A program made the translations under genes and the position numbers. Below are positions 54,682 through 64,000 of a DNA stretch of 64,000 nt, in pieces. This DNA comes from Trypanosoma brucei (lineage: Eukaryota). Position 1 is the stretch's first letter. The number at the start of each line of letters is the position of its first letter. The stretch spans positions 1,312,001 to 1,376,000 of the forward strand of contig CP000071.1 in the NCBI GenBank assembly GCA_000002445.1. Direction: 5' to 3'. The notes beneath the pieces are model-generated. The model ran no database searches. It saw only the letters and a list, made by a program, of their open reading frames with translations, and was not told the origin of the DNA.

Positions 54682-55839
54682 CTACATACAGAGATCCCAA
54701 TACTTGAAATAGTCTTCATCTACCTGATTGGTGTACAACTCGTCTAGTTGCTTCTTGCGAATTTGTGATGCCTCCCTCTGCTTCATCTGCTCGGCAGCAA
54801 TGCTCAACCTTTCTGCATGCCGTTCACGTTCCTTCTGCCTTTCCAAAGCGTTGGCCATGCGAAGCTGCAAGTTGTCCTGCTGGGCCCACCGCCGTTCTTC
54901 CTCGACTTCCATAAACCGGCGACGCCGCAAAAGATCGCGTTGTCTCGCCCGATCCTCAAGAAACTTACGCTTCTGCTCCTCTGTCATGCCTTTGTAGCGC
55001 TCCGCCTTCACCTTCTTTCCAAGCTCGCTCACGACCGTCTCGGTTTCGTTAAGGAAATCACCCTCCATGTGGAAACGAATTTCCTCAAGGGCCTTGCGGG
55101 TGTCCTCCTCCTTGTCTCGAATGGCCTCACGGCGCTTTTGCTCGGCGAGGGCTTTATTAAATTCTGCTTGGTTCTTATGGATCATCCTGCGCTGCTCGGC
55201 GATACCCTGCTCTATATCGTAGATACGGCGGTTGGTCTCCTCGTTTCGTTCATCGAAGACACGGTTTGCCTCCTCCTCCATCCACTTCTTCGCGAGTTTC
55301 TCCTCCGTTTGCTGCCGCGCCCACTCGCGCTGTTGGCGCTGCTGAGCAGCCCGACGATTCTTGTAATCCAAGTCCTCACCTTCAAATTTTTGGAGAGAAG
55401 AAACCCCAGTTCGGGGATCGTTGTCGCCAACACGGCCCGGTAAATCCTTCGCCTTCCAGTGGGGATCGTTGAGGTCCCACTCGCGCTGCGTTTCCTTCTT
55501 CTGGTAGGTTTCACGGTAGTCAAGCAATTGCTTTTCACGGTTTGCTCGTATCTCGTTAACCTCCTTCTGAAGTGCCTGAGCATGGCGATCCATCAGAAGG
55601 GCTTGTCGGTCATAAAAGTCGTTCCGCTCTTTCTCCAGCTGTCGAAGCGCCTCCCTTTCACGGACCTGCCTGTCAAGCGCCTCCTTGTCGATGCCCATAT
55701 GACGCATTTTCGGGTCTTTGAGGCGCTCTGCACGCTGCATCATGAAGAGCCGCTTCTTTTCCCTCGTTGTTGCCGTCTCCAACTGCGGTAACGAAGAGGA
55801 ATTTGATGCGACATTGATGGTCTCAGCTGCTGGCTCCAT
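54682..55839 (-). CDS. RIB43A-like protofilament-ribbon / axonemal coiled-coil protein
   Basis: 385-aa ORF. Motifs match human RIBC1/RIBC2 as I remember them: RHMGIDKEALDRQV versus RVMGVDVQALNNQV; FEGEDLDYKNRRAAQQRQQ versus FSGEDLDRATRLRMQQGQ; YKGMTEEQ versus WKGMTPEQ. ATG verified. Confidence 0.65.
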   Translation of the reverse strand: MEPAAETINVASNSSSLPQLETATTREKKRLFMMQRAERLKDPKMRHMGIDKEALDRQVREREALRQLEKERNDFYDRQALLMDRHAQALQKEVNEIRANREKQLLDYRETYQKKETQREWDLNDPHWKAKDLPGRVGDNDPRTGVSSLQKFEGEDLDYKNRRAAQQRQQREWARQQTEEKLAKKWMEEEANRVFDERNEETNRRIYDIEQGIAEQRRMIHKNQAEFNKALAEQKRREAIRDKEEDTRKALEEIRFHMEGDFLNETETVVSELGKKVKAERYKGMTEEQKRKFLEDRARQRDLLRRRRFMEVEEERRWAQQDNLQLRMANALERQKERERHAERLSIAAEQMKQREASQIRKKQLDELYTNQVDEDYFKYWDLCM

Positions 55840-56095
55840 TTTGATCTACACTTCACCACACCTACACACAGTTCAGAGGAGCACACTGACCAGAAAAAGT
55901 GCAATGATTTTTTTAAAAAAAGAAATAGAATAGACAGTGGAACGGAAGTTTAACGCTGTGCTACCGACTTAGCAAACAATACACATCCTTAATTACTTAC
56001 AAGACAGAATACCTCACTCATCACCGTGAGCAGATATTCGAAAGCACGTTCGTGTACGGATGTAAACTCACTGTCAGCCGCGCTCACGTTGTAGC

Positions 56096-56602
56096 TTACA
56101 CAGCGGGCTTGAACGTTAGTAGTGGTGACGGCGAAGAGCATTTGAAGCAAAACTTCCGCACGTTTCTGTTAACACCCTTACATTTTGGGCACGTCCACAA
56201 CGTTACCTCCTTTCCGGGGAGCGGAGGCGGCGTCGGCTTTGGCTGTTGGCATTTATGGCAGACAACACTCCCACGAAAGTTCATCTGGCCACACGGACAC
56301 GCCCAGTCGTGAGGGTCCTCACCGGGAAGGGACGGACGCCGAACACCAGGTGGGAGCGGAGGGGCCGGCGCCCCACATTTGTAGCATTCGCGCTTCGATT
56401 TATAATTTGGTTCCCCGCACTGGCAGAGCCAATCGCCCTCCGCGGGTTCACGATGCCTTGTCCGACGGCCCTTAATCCGACGTGCAAAGAGGCATGGTGT
56501 GGTGACAAAATACGCGCGTGAGCAAAGCAGAGCTACAGAAGCACGACTTCCGAGGTGGTGGGCAAGATAGTGCCTGGAGAGTATGTGGACACACCTTTGC
56601 AT
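56096..56602 (-). CDS. protein with three RanBP2-type zinc fingers and an N-terminal presequence-like region
   Basis: The track ORF begins with GTG; the ATG at 56600-56602 was verified. Three W-x-C-x2-C...N...C-x2-C modules: DWLCQCGEPNYKSKRECYKCGAP, DWACPCGQMNFRGSVVCHKCQQP, LWTCPKCKGVNRNVRKFCFKCSSP. The N-terminal 45 aa (MQRCVHILSRHYLAHHLGSRASVALLCSRAYFVTTPCLFARRIKGRRT) is Arg-rich, lacks acidic residues and resembles a mitochondrial targeting sequence. Confidence 0.7.
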   Translation of the reverse strand: MQRCVHILSRHYLAHHLGSRASVALLCSRAYFVTTPCLFARRIKGRRTRHREPAEGDWLCQCGEPNYKSKRECYKCGAPAPPLPPGVRRPSLPGEDPHDWACPCGQMNFRGSVVCHKCQQPKPTPPPLPGKEVTLWTCPKCKGVNRNVRKFCFKCSSPSPLLTFKPAV

Positions 56603-56845
56603 CTCGCGCCCCTCCAACTGCAGTATCGCAAAGTCAGTGTGTGCGCCCACTGGAAAACGTGCATCAACACGAGCACAGATGCGAAGCCGGGGGATAAAGA
56701 AAAATGGAAAAAGCGACACGCAGTAGCAACGGGAGACAAAACAAGTAGCAAAGAAAGCAGCCGATTAAGATGAAAGTAATGACTTGCGCCCGGAAGAACT
56801 GCTTCTTGAATTTAAGTAGTGCACGAGGTTCATTCCAAGTTACCC

Positions 56846-59800
56846 TCATGCCAAACAGCGGGTTACAACTGTCGAAAACTGCTTAAATCCATTCACAAAC
56901 GAATTTTTATTGTTCTGACGATAAGATTCACAAGCACACTGTTGTAAGAGCACGAACGCCTCCCTCACTTCCGCTCCTTTTCCACCAACAGCCGCCAAAC
57001 CGGAAAACAAGTCACCTAGCTGCACGAAAGAGTCCCCATCCAGCACTATTAGTGTCTGCAGAAGGCTCTCAAATGGATCCGTCGTGCACTTCCTTGTCGT
57101 TATAAGGTCAAGTGTCGCCCGCAGCAGTCGGGAGAAAACGTTCTTGTCCGCCCGAAGAAGTGCCCCCAATATTTTAACGCCTTCACCTCCTTCATGGCCC
57201 TCACGACAACACAGGGCGCTGGTAAAAGCTGCCACCGCCTCTGCTCCAAGTGTTATAAGAGTTCCAAAGGTATTCTGGTAGTTAAGCGAGAATTCGAGTA
57301 GATGAATAACTTGTAACAAATGCTCGATAGGTAAGTCACAGATAAACCAAAGATACAAATCTCTAAGCAGCTCAGAGGCAAGCATAAAGTAACTACGCGC
57401 CAACTTCTCATTTTGGCATAAACGCTCGCGGTCCACAAGCATCATAGCACGCCAGAGAGCCACAAGGCACGCTGGCAGGGACCGATCTGCATAAAGACGG
57501 AGAACTCCCATATTGCAAAGCCCCCCTGCGAGAAGATTACGACCGGTATGGAACGTGATCCTCAAGCATTTGATACCCCAAGCCTCAAGTTGAGATCCAC
57601 GGGTCTCCAACGCTTTAACAATAATATTGACCACTGTGCCCATAGAGTTACCAATGTGGCGGAAGACAAGATAGCCCTCCGTACAATGGGCGCCGGACGT
57701 TATACGCCGGTAACGATTTTCGGTTATTTCGTCCAACAAGCGCAACAGCTGTACGCCACAGTTAGTTCCAAACTCACGTTGAAAATGCTGGACTATAACG
57801 TCAAAGTTTGGAAGTATGCGTTTCAGCAACACTCGGTACAGACGTTGGCACAGGCATGCGCAAAACGCGCCTCGCCATGAGCATGTAGCGCGCATGAGAG
57901 CATCCGCATAATCTTCACCGTGTTCTACACAACCATATTGGAAAATCTTGAAGTCTCCAACAAGTGATGGCTCAATGTCGCCCATTACACCCTGGGAACC
58001 ACCGTTGGACAGCCAAATCTGAGCCCTGATACGCGCAAGAAGAAACAGCACACGGTGATAAACCCTGGAATTTTTGCCCATCGTCATCTCCGCATCGAGT
58101 GCAAGGCGGTCATTAATGTGGGGCAGCGTCTTTAAAATAGCAACAGAAGTTGGCGATTGAGCCACCTCAGTCAAAAGGGCCAAGGCTTCGACGGCTGTCT
58201 CATCGGTACAAGAGTGAGCGCAGTTCATAACCTCGTCCACAATAAGCCCAAGCACAGTGGAGGACATTTCTCCATCACTTTTCAGAGATAAAGTATTTTG
58301 AAGGGAGACCCGTAGCCCGTTGCCATCATCAAGCCGATCGAGAAGAAGCGCGTTCCAAGTGGCACAAAGTAAAGCTATGAGGGAGTTGTGAAAGTGACGA
58401 CGAGTTCCCTGAGGTACAAACAATGAAAGCTTTCTCTCACAATCGTAGCTCACAACACCGAAGCATGCCCATAAAGCCTTACATATTATCGGGCATGCAT
58501 CGCTACGGGAATGGTTCATGCGCAACCATGAGCTGGAAAGGGTGATAAGCCATGCGAGTTGTTCGTATATGCTCGTCAAACAAAATCCTGCTTGATGTTC
58601 CGATGACTTAAGAACCCATAAATGGGACTCGATGAGTGTTGAAATGTGTTCCTCTGTGTCTCGACCACAGAATCGCAACAACTGCGATGCAAATTGAAGC
58701 TCCAACTCTTGTACACATGTATCCTCATCGAGAAAATAATCCTCAAACGATGCAATTTCACCAGATCTTGCGAACGCTACCGCTTGCTCCTGATTTGACG
58801 TAATGTACGACAAGCACACCTTCGGTGCCAGTTCCCCAAAAAGTGTGCGTTTATCTTTGCAGTAGGACTGAGATCCCACCAACTTCGCCCAAGTGGAGGT
58901 TAAAGAAAGGAACGACCGCCGCGCATGGCGCCAGTTCTGGAAGCACAAATGAGTGAAATCGGCAAGGGCTCCAATCCATTGCTCATAACACGAAACGCTA
59001 CACATTTGCTCAATGCTGAAATTCGGTTTCAGACGATTCAACAAGCGACAAAATTCGTGCAAAACCGTGGGATCTTCTAGGTGAAGACACTCCGTCATAA
59101 TTGGAAGCGTGACTTCAAAACAACAGGATATCCGCGCCTTCTGGTCCTCACAGAGTGGGTAGAGTGATCCCCTCAGAGATATGAGTGATGCCAACGATTC
59201 CAACAAGGGAGAGAAGAGGCGCGCATCCCCCTCCGGAAGTAAATACAACCCCCACAGTTTAGCGAAGAGCTCTTGGTCCAAAAGGTCAGCCGCCCAACCT
59301 TGCGGATAATCAGTTGTCAAAACGTCCTCAGTAATATCCTCCAAGGAGCAAGTAAAGTCAAACAAAAGAATTTGGCGCAATAACGGTACGGCGCCAATGA
59401 CCACCTGATTGTGCGACAACTGAGCCCGTTTAAGGCAACGTGAAACACTTTTGAATATGTCGTGGAGGCACTCATCGCGAAAAACCACGTTCGTCTTCTT
59501 ATTCACCGCGAGGTTCTGGTTTGGGCCGTCCGTAGATCCTATCGTGTCGATCAACACGGTTAGGATGTGACACGATAAGGATACGAGTTCTTCCGAATAA
59601 TCACCCCCTTCACCGGTTAGCGCCGTAGCCACCTTGAGGGGAAACCTTTGGAGCTCCGGGGCGTCACAGAATCCCCGTTTCACTACAGAACATAGCAACC
59701 GGACAAGGGCGTCCCTATTATGAGTGTCCAAGAGCTTATGCCGCTCCACAATGACACAACTCAGCATCTGTTCGAGGTCCACAAGGTCTGCAAGTGCAAA

Positions 59801-60010
59801 CTTAGAAGTCACCAAATGGTTTAACGCTTGAGAAACAAAGAAGATCGAACATGCGGCTACAGATTCCTTAAGAACTCTCTGCATCAGTTGCAAGCCCATG
59901 GCAGACGCGAAACCATCCCATCCAAGCTCCGTGGCTATCTGCATTGCCGATTTGTCCCCACTGTAGAGAAGAGTCGAGAAACGCTCCACATCATCAACAC
60001 TCCCCAGCAT
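56846..60010 (-). CDS. XPO7: exportin 7 (RanBP16-type importin-beta family nuclear transport receptor)
   Basis: 1054-aa helical-repeat protein. It aligns by eye with human XPO7: LHEFCRLLNRLKPNF versus YHEFCRLLARLKSNY; SYITSNQEQ versus AYITSRLES; GVLRLYADRSL versus GVFRLYGDDAL. The N-terminal region is compatible with an importin-beta N-domain. ATG verified. Confidence 0.75.
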   Translation of the reverse strand: MLGSVDDVERFSTLLYSGDKSAMQIATELGWDGFASAMGLQLMQRVLKESVAACSIFFVSQALNHLVTSKFALADLVDLEQMLSCVIVERHKLLDTHNRDALVRLLCSVVKRGFCDAPELQRFPLKVATALTGEGGDYSEELVSLSCHILTVLIDTIGSTDGPNQNLAVNKKTNVVFRDECLHDIFKSVSRCLKRAQLSHNQVVIGAVPLLRQILLFDFTCSLEDITEDVLTTDYPQGWAADLLDQELFAKLWGLYLLPEGDARLFSPLLESLASLISLRGSLYPLCEDQKARISCCFEVTLPIMTECLHLEDPTVLHEFCRLLNRLKPNFSIEQMCSVSCYEQWIGALADFTHLCFQNWRHARRSFLSLTSTWAKLVGSQSYCKDKRTLFGELAPKVCLSYITSNQEQAVAFARSGEIASFEDYFLDEDTCVQELELQFASQLLRFCGRDTEEHISTLIESHLWVLKSSEHQAGFCLTSIYEQLAWLITLSSSWLRMNHSRSDACPIICKALWACFGVVSYDCERKLSLFVPQGTRRHFHNSLIALLCATWNALLLDRLDDGNGLRVSLQNTLSLKSDGEMSSTVLGLIVDEVMNCAHSCTDETAVEALALLTEVAQSPTSVAILKTLPHINDRLALDAEMTMGKNSRVYHRVLFLLARIRAQIWLSNGGSQGVMGDIEPSLVGDFKIFQYGCVEHGEDYADALMRATCSWRGAFCACLCQRLYRVLLKRILPNFDVIVQHFQREFGTNCGVQLLRLLDEITENRYRRITSGAHCTEGYLVFRHIGNSMGTVVNIIVKALETRGSQLEAWGIKCLRITFHTGRNLLAGGLCNMGVLRLYADRSLPACLVALWRAMMLVDRERLCQNEKLARSYFMLASELLRDLYLWFICDLPIEHLLQVIHLLEFSLNYQNTFGTLITLGAEAVAAFTSALCCREGHEGGEGVKILGALLRADKNVFSRLLRATLDLITTRKCTTDPFESLLQTLIVLDGDSFVQLGDLFSGLAAVGGKGAEVREAFVLLQQCACESYRQNNKNSFVNGFKQFSTVVTRCLA

Positions 60011-60418
60011 TATCTAAACAGCAGGCCCTCCGCGGATAACGGCAAAACTAATACATATTAGAACGATAATAATTATTGAGTGCATAGAAAAACAGCAAAT
60101 TATAGACAAGGGGAGAAACAACTGAAAGATTACCACTGTGTGAAATCGTCATTTGAAACTTAAGGAAATATAAAATTCAGAATGTACACAAATGGGGTTG
60201 TTGTTCCTTATATCCTAGCACGTGCACACGCATGGGGATCTGTGTTGCTGCACCAATCCTCTGGAGAACAGGACGTGGTCGCGGTAAACTAAATGCTTGA
60301 TTATTAGCAGCTACTATACAACAAGCACAAGGGTGGTGTCCGGAGAAAGCATACAGACGGCTCAAGTACAAGACCCGACACAGGTAACGAAAAAAAGAAC
60401 AATGCACGGTGCACACGC

Positions 60419-62164
60419 TCAAAAGTTGTTGCTTAATGGGTTATCGTCGCTCGGTCGTTGAGCTGCCGACACACGGTACCCCCGAGAGATAACCTCCCGT
60501 CCATATGCAGTTTTGTGCAGACCCGCCTCCAGCAGAGCGAGTTGAAGTCGAAACCGTGGGTCCTTCGCTACCTCGTCAGCCGTGTAACCATGCACAGTAT
60601 ATCGTGCGGCCTCCGCGAACGGTACGTAAGCTTCATTCTGCTTACTTGAAACTGTCCCTTGCAGAACTCTCTCTGGGTCGGCCTCGACACCGAGCTGTTG
60701 CCTGACACCATTAAAGAAGGCCTCTAGTGTCTTCGCACGTGCAGCTTTTATTTCTTCCAGGTCCTGCTGACGTTTTTTACGCAACCGGCATTTCTCCTCA
60801 TATTCTTTCTGTCTCTCCACCACCCGTTTGGCGTTACGTTCCCCTCGTATCGCTTTTTGGATTGCTTCCTCCTCTGCAAGTGCCCTCCGAAGTTCGATTT
60901 CCTTCTCTTGCAGCTCTTTCTGCTGCTCCTGGTAGAGGTGCAGCTGTTTTAGGCGTTCCTGGAATTCTATCTCACGAGCACGCATGACTCTTTGTGTCCT
61001 TTCCTCTTCCTCTTTCCGTCTTGCTTCCTCCTCGTCGCGTCGGGCCAGTTCCTTGGCTTCTCGAACAGCACGTAGCTCATCCAACTCTCGGTGTTTCTTT
61101 CGTTGCTGCTCCTCGCGTAATTTAGCCTCTTCTTCCATATCCGCCACTAGCCTTCCAATCTCTTCATCAGCCGCGGCTGCCTTCTCGAATGATTTCAGAA
61201 GTTCCAGAGATTTCTTCTTGAACTGAAGCGTCACCGTCCGCGCGAGTGCTTTTTCTCTCTTCTGCCGCAAAACCTCATTCACAGCAAGTCGCACTTTGTC
61301 GCGGGACATATCGGGCAAACTCTGATGGACGCGATTGTAAACATCACCTGGAAGATCAGGTTTCTCACTACCGAGCGTTGAAAGACTCGTGTAGGTTTTC
61401 AAAACCAAAGAAATCTTACGAATGTCGCTCGAGGAGAGGTCCACAGTTGCTCCTGTTCGCTCCGTAGACATTAACCGAGACACGGCTTCCTCTCCTCCAA
61501 CCTCTATGGCGTCTCGAAACGTCTTCACGAGCCTAGGGTTGGGTTTACATACCATGGACTCGCACACACTATCTAACAATTCCAATGATGACCGCACTAA
61601 CGTTTGGACAGTTTCAATCGGTAAGATATTCTCGCTCTCCTCCATCTCGTTCAGCAAAGATTCCACTTCATGCTCGATAACTTTAATAGACTCAGAAATT
61701 TCCTCCCTCATGGTTGAAATCTTCTCTCGTAAGGTGTTAACGCCATCAGGCATGACATTGGCCTCCTTCTTGTGCAAGTCACGACATTCCTTCCGAAGTC
61801 CCCCAATTGTTTTCTTAAGGGAACGATGAATCGACTCGCATCGTTCCTCCATGCCGGCTCTTTCCCTCACCGCTGCCTCTGGTAGGAGGGAAGAGCACGA
61901 AGCCCACGCCTTTTCAAAATCGAATGCGCACGAAACTACCTCTCGCTCCAAGGCAGCGTGCTCCGCCAACCAACGGCCACCACGACTTACCTCCTCCGCT
62001 GATTTCCTCTGGTGTGCAATTTTCAATGTGATGTCCTTAAACACCAGCTTATCTGTACGCGCTCTTGACTGCCACTCAGCCAACGCAGCCTCCTGATCAT
62101 CCACAGAAAAAGCCATCGTGCGGAGTTGTTGCCGCGGCAGCATGACAGCCCTCCGAGGAGGCAT
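60419..62164 (-). CDS. coiled-coil protein (flagellar-type; family not identified)
   Basis: 581-aa ORF with a long E/R/K-rich coiled coil in the middle (EEEAKLREEQQRKKHRELDELRAVREAKELARRDEEEARRKEEEER) and a conserved-looking C-terminal globular segment. ATG verified; alternative in-frame starts are at M8 and M17. Confidence 0.55.
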   Translation of the reverse strand: MPPRRAVMLPRQQLRTMAFSVDDQEAALAEWQSRARTDKLVFKDITLKIAHQRKSAEEVSRGGRWLAEHAALEREVVSCAFDFEKAWASCSSLLPEAAVRERAGMEERCESIHRSLKKTIGGLRKECRDLHKKEANVMPDGVNTLREKISTMREEISESIKVIEHEVESLLNEMEESENILPIETVQTLVRSSLELLDSVCESMVCKPNPRLVKTFRDAIEVGGEEAVSRLMSTERTGATVDLSSSDIRKISLVLKTYTSLSTLGSEKPDLPGDVYNRVHQSLPDMSRDKVRLAVNEVLRQKREKALARTVTLQFKKKSLELLKSFEKAAAADEEIGRLVADMEEEAKLREEQQRKKHRELDELRAVREAKELARRDEEEARRKEEEERTQRVMRAREIEFQERLKQLHLYQEQQKELQEKEIELRRALAEEEAIQKAIRGERNAKRVVERQKEYEEKCRLRKKRQQDLEEIKAARAKTLEAFFNGVRQQLGVEADPERVLQGTVSSKQNEAYVPFAEAARYTVHGYTADEVAKDPRFRLQLALLEAGLHKTAYGREVISRGYRVSAAQRPSDDNPLSNNF

Positions 62165-62611
62165 CGCTCAGCCTACCAGGGGAGTAATATACGCAAAAAG
62201 TAAAAATATACAAGAGAAAATGAGTAGAAGCAAGAAAAAAGGGCAATATACAGGCAAGGTCCAGGAACGGAAAACGGTCACCGCATCCACCGTAAGATAA
62301 TAAAAAGGGGGGAAGGTATGAAAACAAAAAACAAAAAAATTGTTGTGATGGTGGAAGTGGTAGTGATTATGATAAAGCGGACACATGCAAGATACCGACA
62401 ACACATGGGGAATTTATATATATAAGTGATAATAGGAGGGGAAATGGGTCCCACAGAGAATATGGCATCCCCACCCTGAGTCAGGCAACTAGTGATTCAG
62501 AACCTCCACACCTGATGAGCAACAGGACCAGTACAATATTAGGTGTTGAGTAAAATTACGAAACGGGTTCATATGGGAAATGCCACCGACGTGTCGAAAT
62601 CACAAACACGG

Positions 62612-63526
62612 TTATTCTGTGTGCGTCTGCAGCGGCTCCATGGCAGACCTTCCTTCTGGGGTTGCGTGCGGGTCAACTGCTTTTCCAAACAATTCATCCG
62701 CTTCCTCAACTATACTGATAGGGGTGAGCCCTCGCAAAATTTCGCGCGCCTCGTTTGAGCAGTAGCAAAGATTCCTAATGACGAACGTCGCCCACTCACC
62801 CATGCCTGGATTTTCCAAATCAATGCGTGTGGCTCCGAGGATGGCAGTGAGAAGGCGGGTGTCACCTAAAACTGCGGAGCAGACCTCCTTATTCTCGTAA
62901 GTCAGATTGGCTACAAGCCGGACATGTTCCCTCCTGAAACCCTCTAGAAAACATGTTATCTCATGATCACGCGAAATGGTTAGCGCATCCGTTATATATT
63001 CCAGTACTTGTGATCCCAAGCAATATGTCTGGAGCCTTCTGAGGAGTCGTCGATGACTTAACAGTGTAAGATTGAGCACCTCAACAGCAGAGTGTGACAG
63101 GGTCGCTCCCATGTCTAACCATGCCTCAGAGCCGTCACTAAGCTCCGCAACGCTGCTTTCTCGTTGAAGCCCACCGCTCTCAGCATCTCCTTCAGCATTT
63201 GTAGCTCCGCCTACCACAGGGTCCTCCGTATTCGTAGTGCCGGGTGCAATAAACCCCTTTGTTCGGTGCAGTACATGACGCGCAACGTGAAGACTAAGCT
63301 TTATCATACGGAACAGGACATGTTGCAGGTGGAGTACCTCTTCCCCGGGCTCGCGCCCCGCATCAAACGCTGCCACATCGACCGCATGCTCCAGTTTGAA
63401 TGCAAAGGAGAAGTCCTTCAGTTTAACGTCCGTTTCGCACAGCGTCAGCAATTTGTCCACTTTGTTGTCTATTTCCCCCAGAGCCCTTGTGTCCAAATCC
63501 CTTATAGAACCCTCGTGATCAGTCAT
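62612..63526 (-). CDS. hypothetical helical protein, possibly ataxin-10-like (armadillo-type)
   Basis: The track ORF begins with TTG, and its first 53 aa are translated microsatellite (FIIYIYIFFF). The first ATG (MTDHEGSIRDLD...) at 63524-63526 was verified. The C-terminal ATFVIRNLCYCSNEAREILRGL resembles the ataxin-10 homology region; this is a tentative call. Confidence 0.4.
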   Translation of the reverse strand: MTDHEGSIRDLDTRALGEIDNKVDKLLTLCETDVKLKDFSFAFKLEHAVDVAAFDAGREPGEEVLHLQHVLFRMIKLSLHVARHVLHRTKGFIAPGTTNTEDPVVGGATNAEGDAESGGLQRESSVAELSDGSEAWLDMGATLSHSAVEVLNLTLLSHRRLLRRLQTYCLGSQVLEYITDALTISRDHEITCFLEGFRREHVRLVANLTYENKEVCSAVLGDTRLLTAILGATRIDLENPGMGEWATFVIRNLCYCSNEAREILRGLTPISIVEEADELFGKAVDPHATPEGRSAMEPLQTHTE

Positions 63527-63644
63527 TTGCCCTTCTCGTCGATATACACTCACCAGAAGGCCCCTCAAACAATGTTTCCTCTCTTCACATACATAAAAAT
63601 AGCAGTAAGCAACAGAAAAGGGGCAAAGAAAACAAAAAAAAAAA

Positions 63645-63659
63645 ATATATATATATATA
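63645..63659. repeat. (TA)n microsatellite
   Basis: Read directly from the sequence. Confidence 0.9.
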
Positions 63660-64000
63660 ATAAATAAATGAAAACGCCGGATCAAAGTGTAAGAAATGTC
63701 TCCCTATCCTCAGCCGCTCCCGAACGAATGGGAACGCAGATCCACGCGACATTCCGTACAACGAAACAGTGGAAAGGAAAAACAAAGTAAAATTTGGGCG
63801 ATGGCGCACTCAACAGAGGAAACCAGTGGGTCGCATGAACAGACACCCGCACTCACAGGAAGAAAAGTCCCTTGAATAGTAAATATAACAATAATAACCA
63901 GAAACCTGGCAAGCCTCTTCAACCCGAGTACAAAGGCACCCCCTCCTCTGCCTTCAGTTACCACTCGGAGACACCCGCATAAACACAAAAACGCATCGCG

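Noticed and set aside
1-64000. a prokaryotic defence system, operon, CRISPR array or integrated mobile element
   Set aside because: The sequence is eukaryotic, with intronless unidirectional genes and eukaryote-specific proteins (ARPC2, eIF4G, exportin 7, Rab, ataxin-2). All repeats are simple microsatellites without spacer-repeat periodicity. No reverse transcriptase, transposase or integrase ORF is present.

Overview
The window is eukaryotic: a trypanosomatid nuclear chromosome segment, most likely Trypanosoma brucei. It contains no prokaryotic-type system and, on my reading, no undescribed biological system either. I found no CRISPR array, no tRNA or rRNA gene and no retroposon; every repeat is a microsatellite. 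All 29 supportable protein-coding genes lie on the minus strand in head-to-tail order, with no introns, which is the pattern of one directional polycistronic transcription unit. Intergenic regions carry polypyrimidine tracts (read on the minus strand) and abundant (TA)n, (CA)n and (GT)n microsatellites. From memory only, the gene order matches T. brucei chromosome 8 around Tb927.8.44xx to Tb927.8.46xx (uridine phosphorylase, EIF4G5, PBP1, the RABX1/RABX2 pair); I cannot verify this here.

Genes identified by reading the translations:
- Cytoskeleton and flagellum: ARPC2, a CH-like (DUF1042, SPEF1-type) 1009-aa protein, an MNS1-like TPH-domain protein, a RIB43A-like protein, an interrupted NDK-domain protein, and a further long coiled-coil protein.
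- RNA and translation: an eIF4G-family MIF4G protein (EIF4G5-like), the ataxin-2/PBP1 orthologue, an RRM nucleolar protein, and a protein with three RanBP2-type zinc fingers.
- Trafficking and ubiquitin: two tandem Rab GTPases, an MGRN1-like RING E3 ligase, and a signal-peptide/PSI/TM/RING E3 ligase.
- Others: a PNP/UDP-family nucleoside phosphorylase, a mitochondrial carrier, a J-domain protein, an exportin-7 orthologue, and several hypothetical proteins.

The supplied ORF track treats GTG and TTG as start codons and translates them as M. Seven long minus-strand ORFs begin that way, and I moved each to the first in-frame ATG, checked base by base.

Two gene-poor gaps stand out: 16.7-19.2 kb and 28.9-35.0 kb. 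The second is about 6 kb of extreme low complexity that holds a candidate small acidic ORF, an island of normal-complexity sequence and a short telomere-like repeat. These are the most plausible places for unannotated elements.
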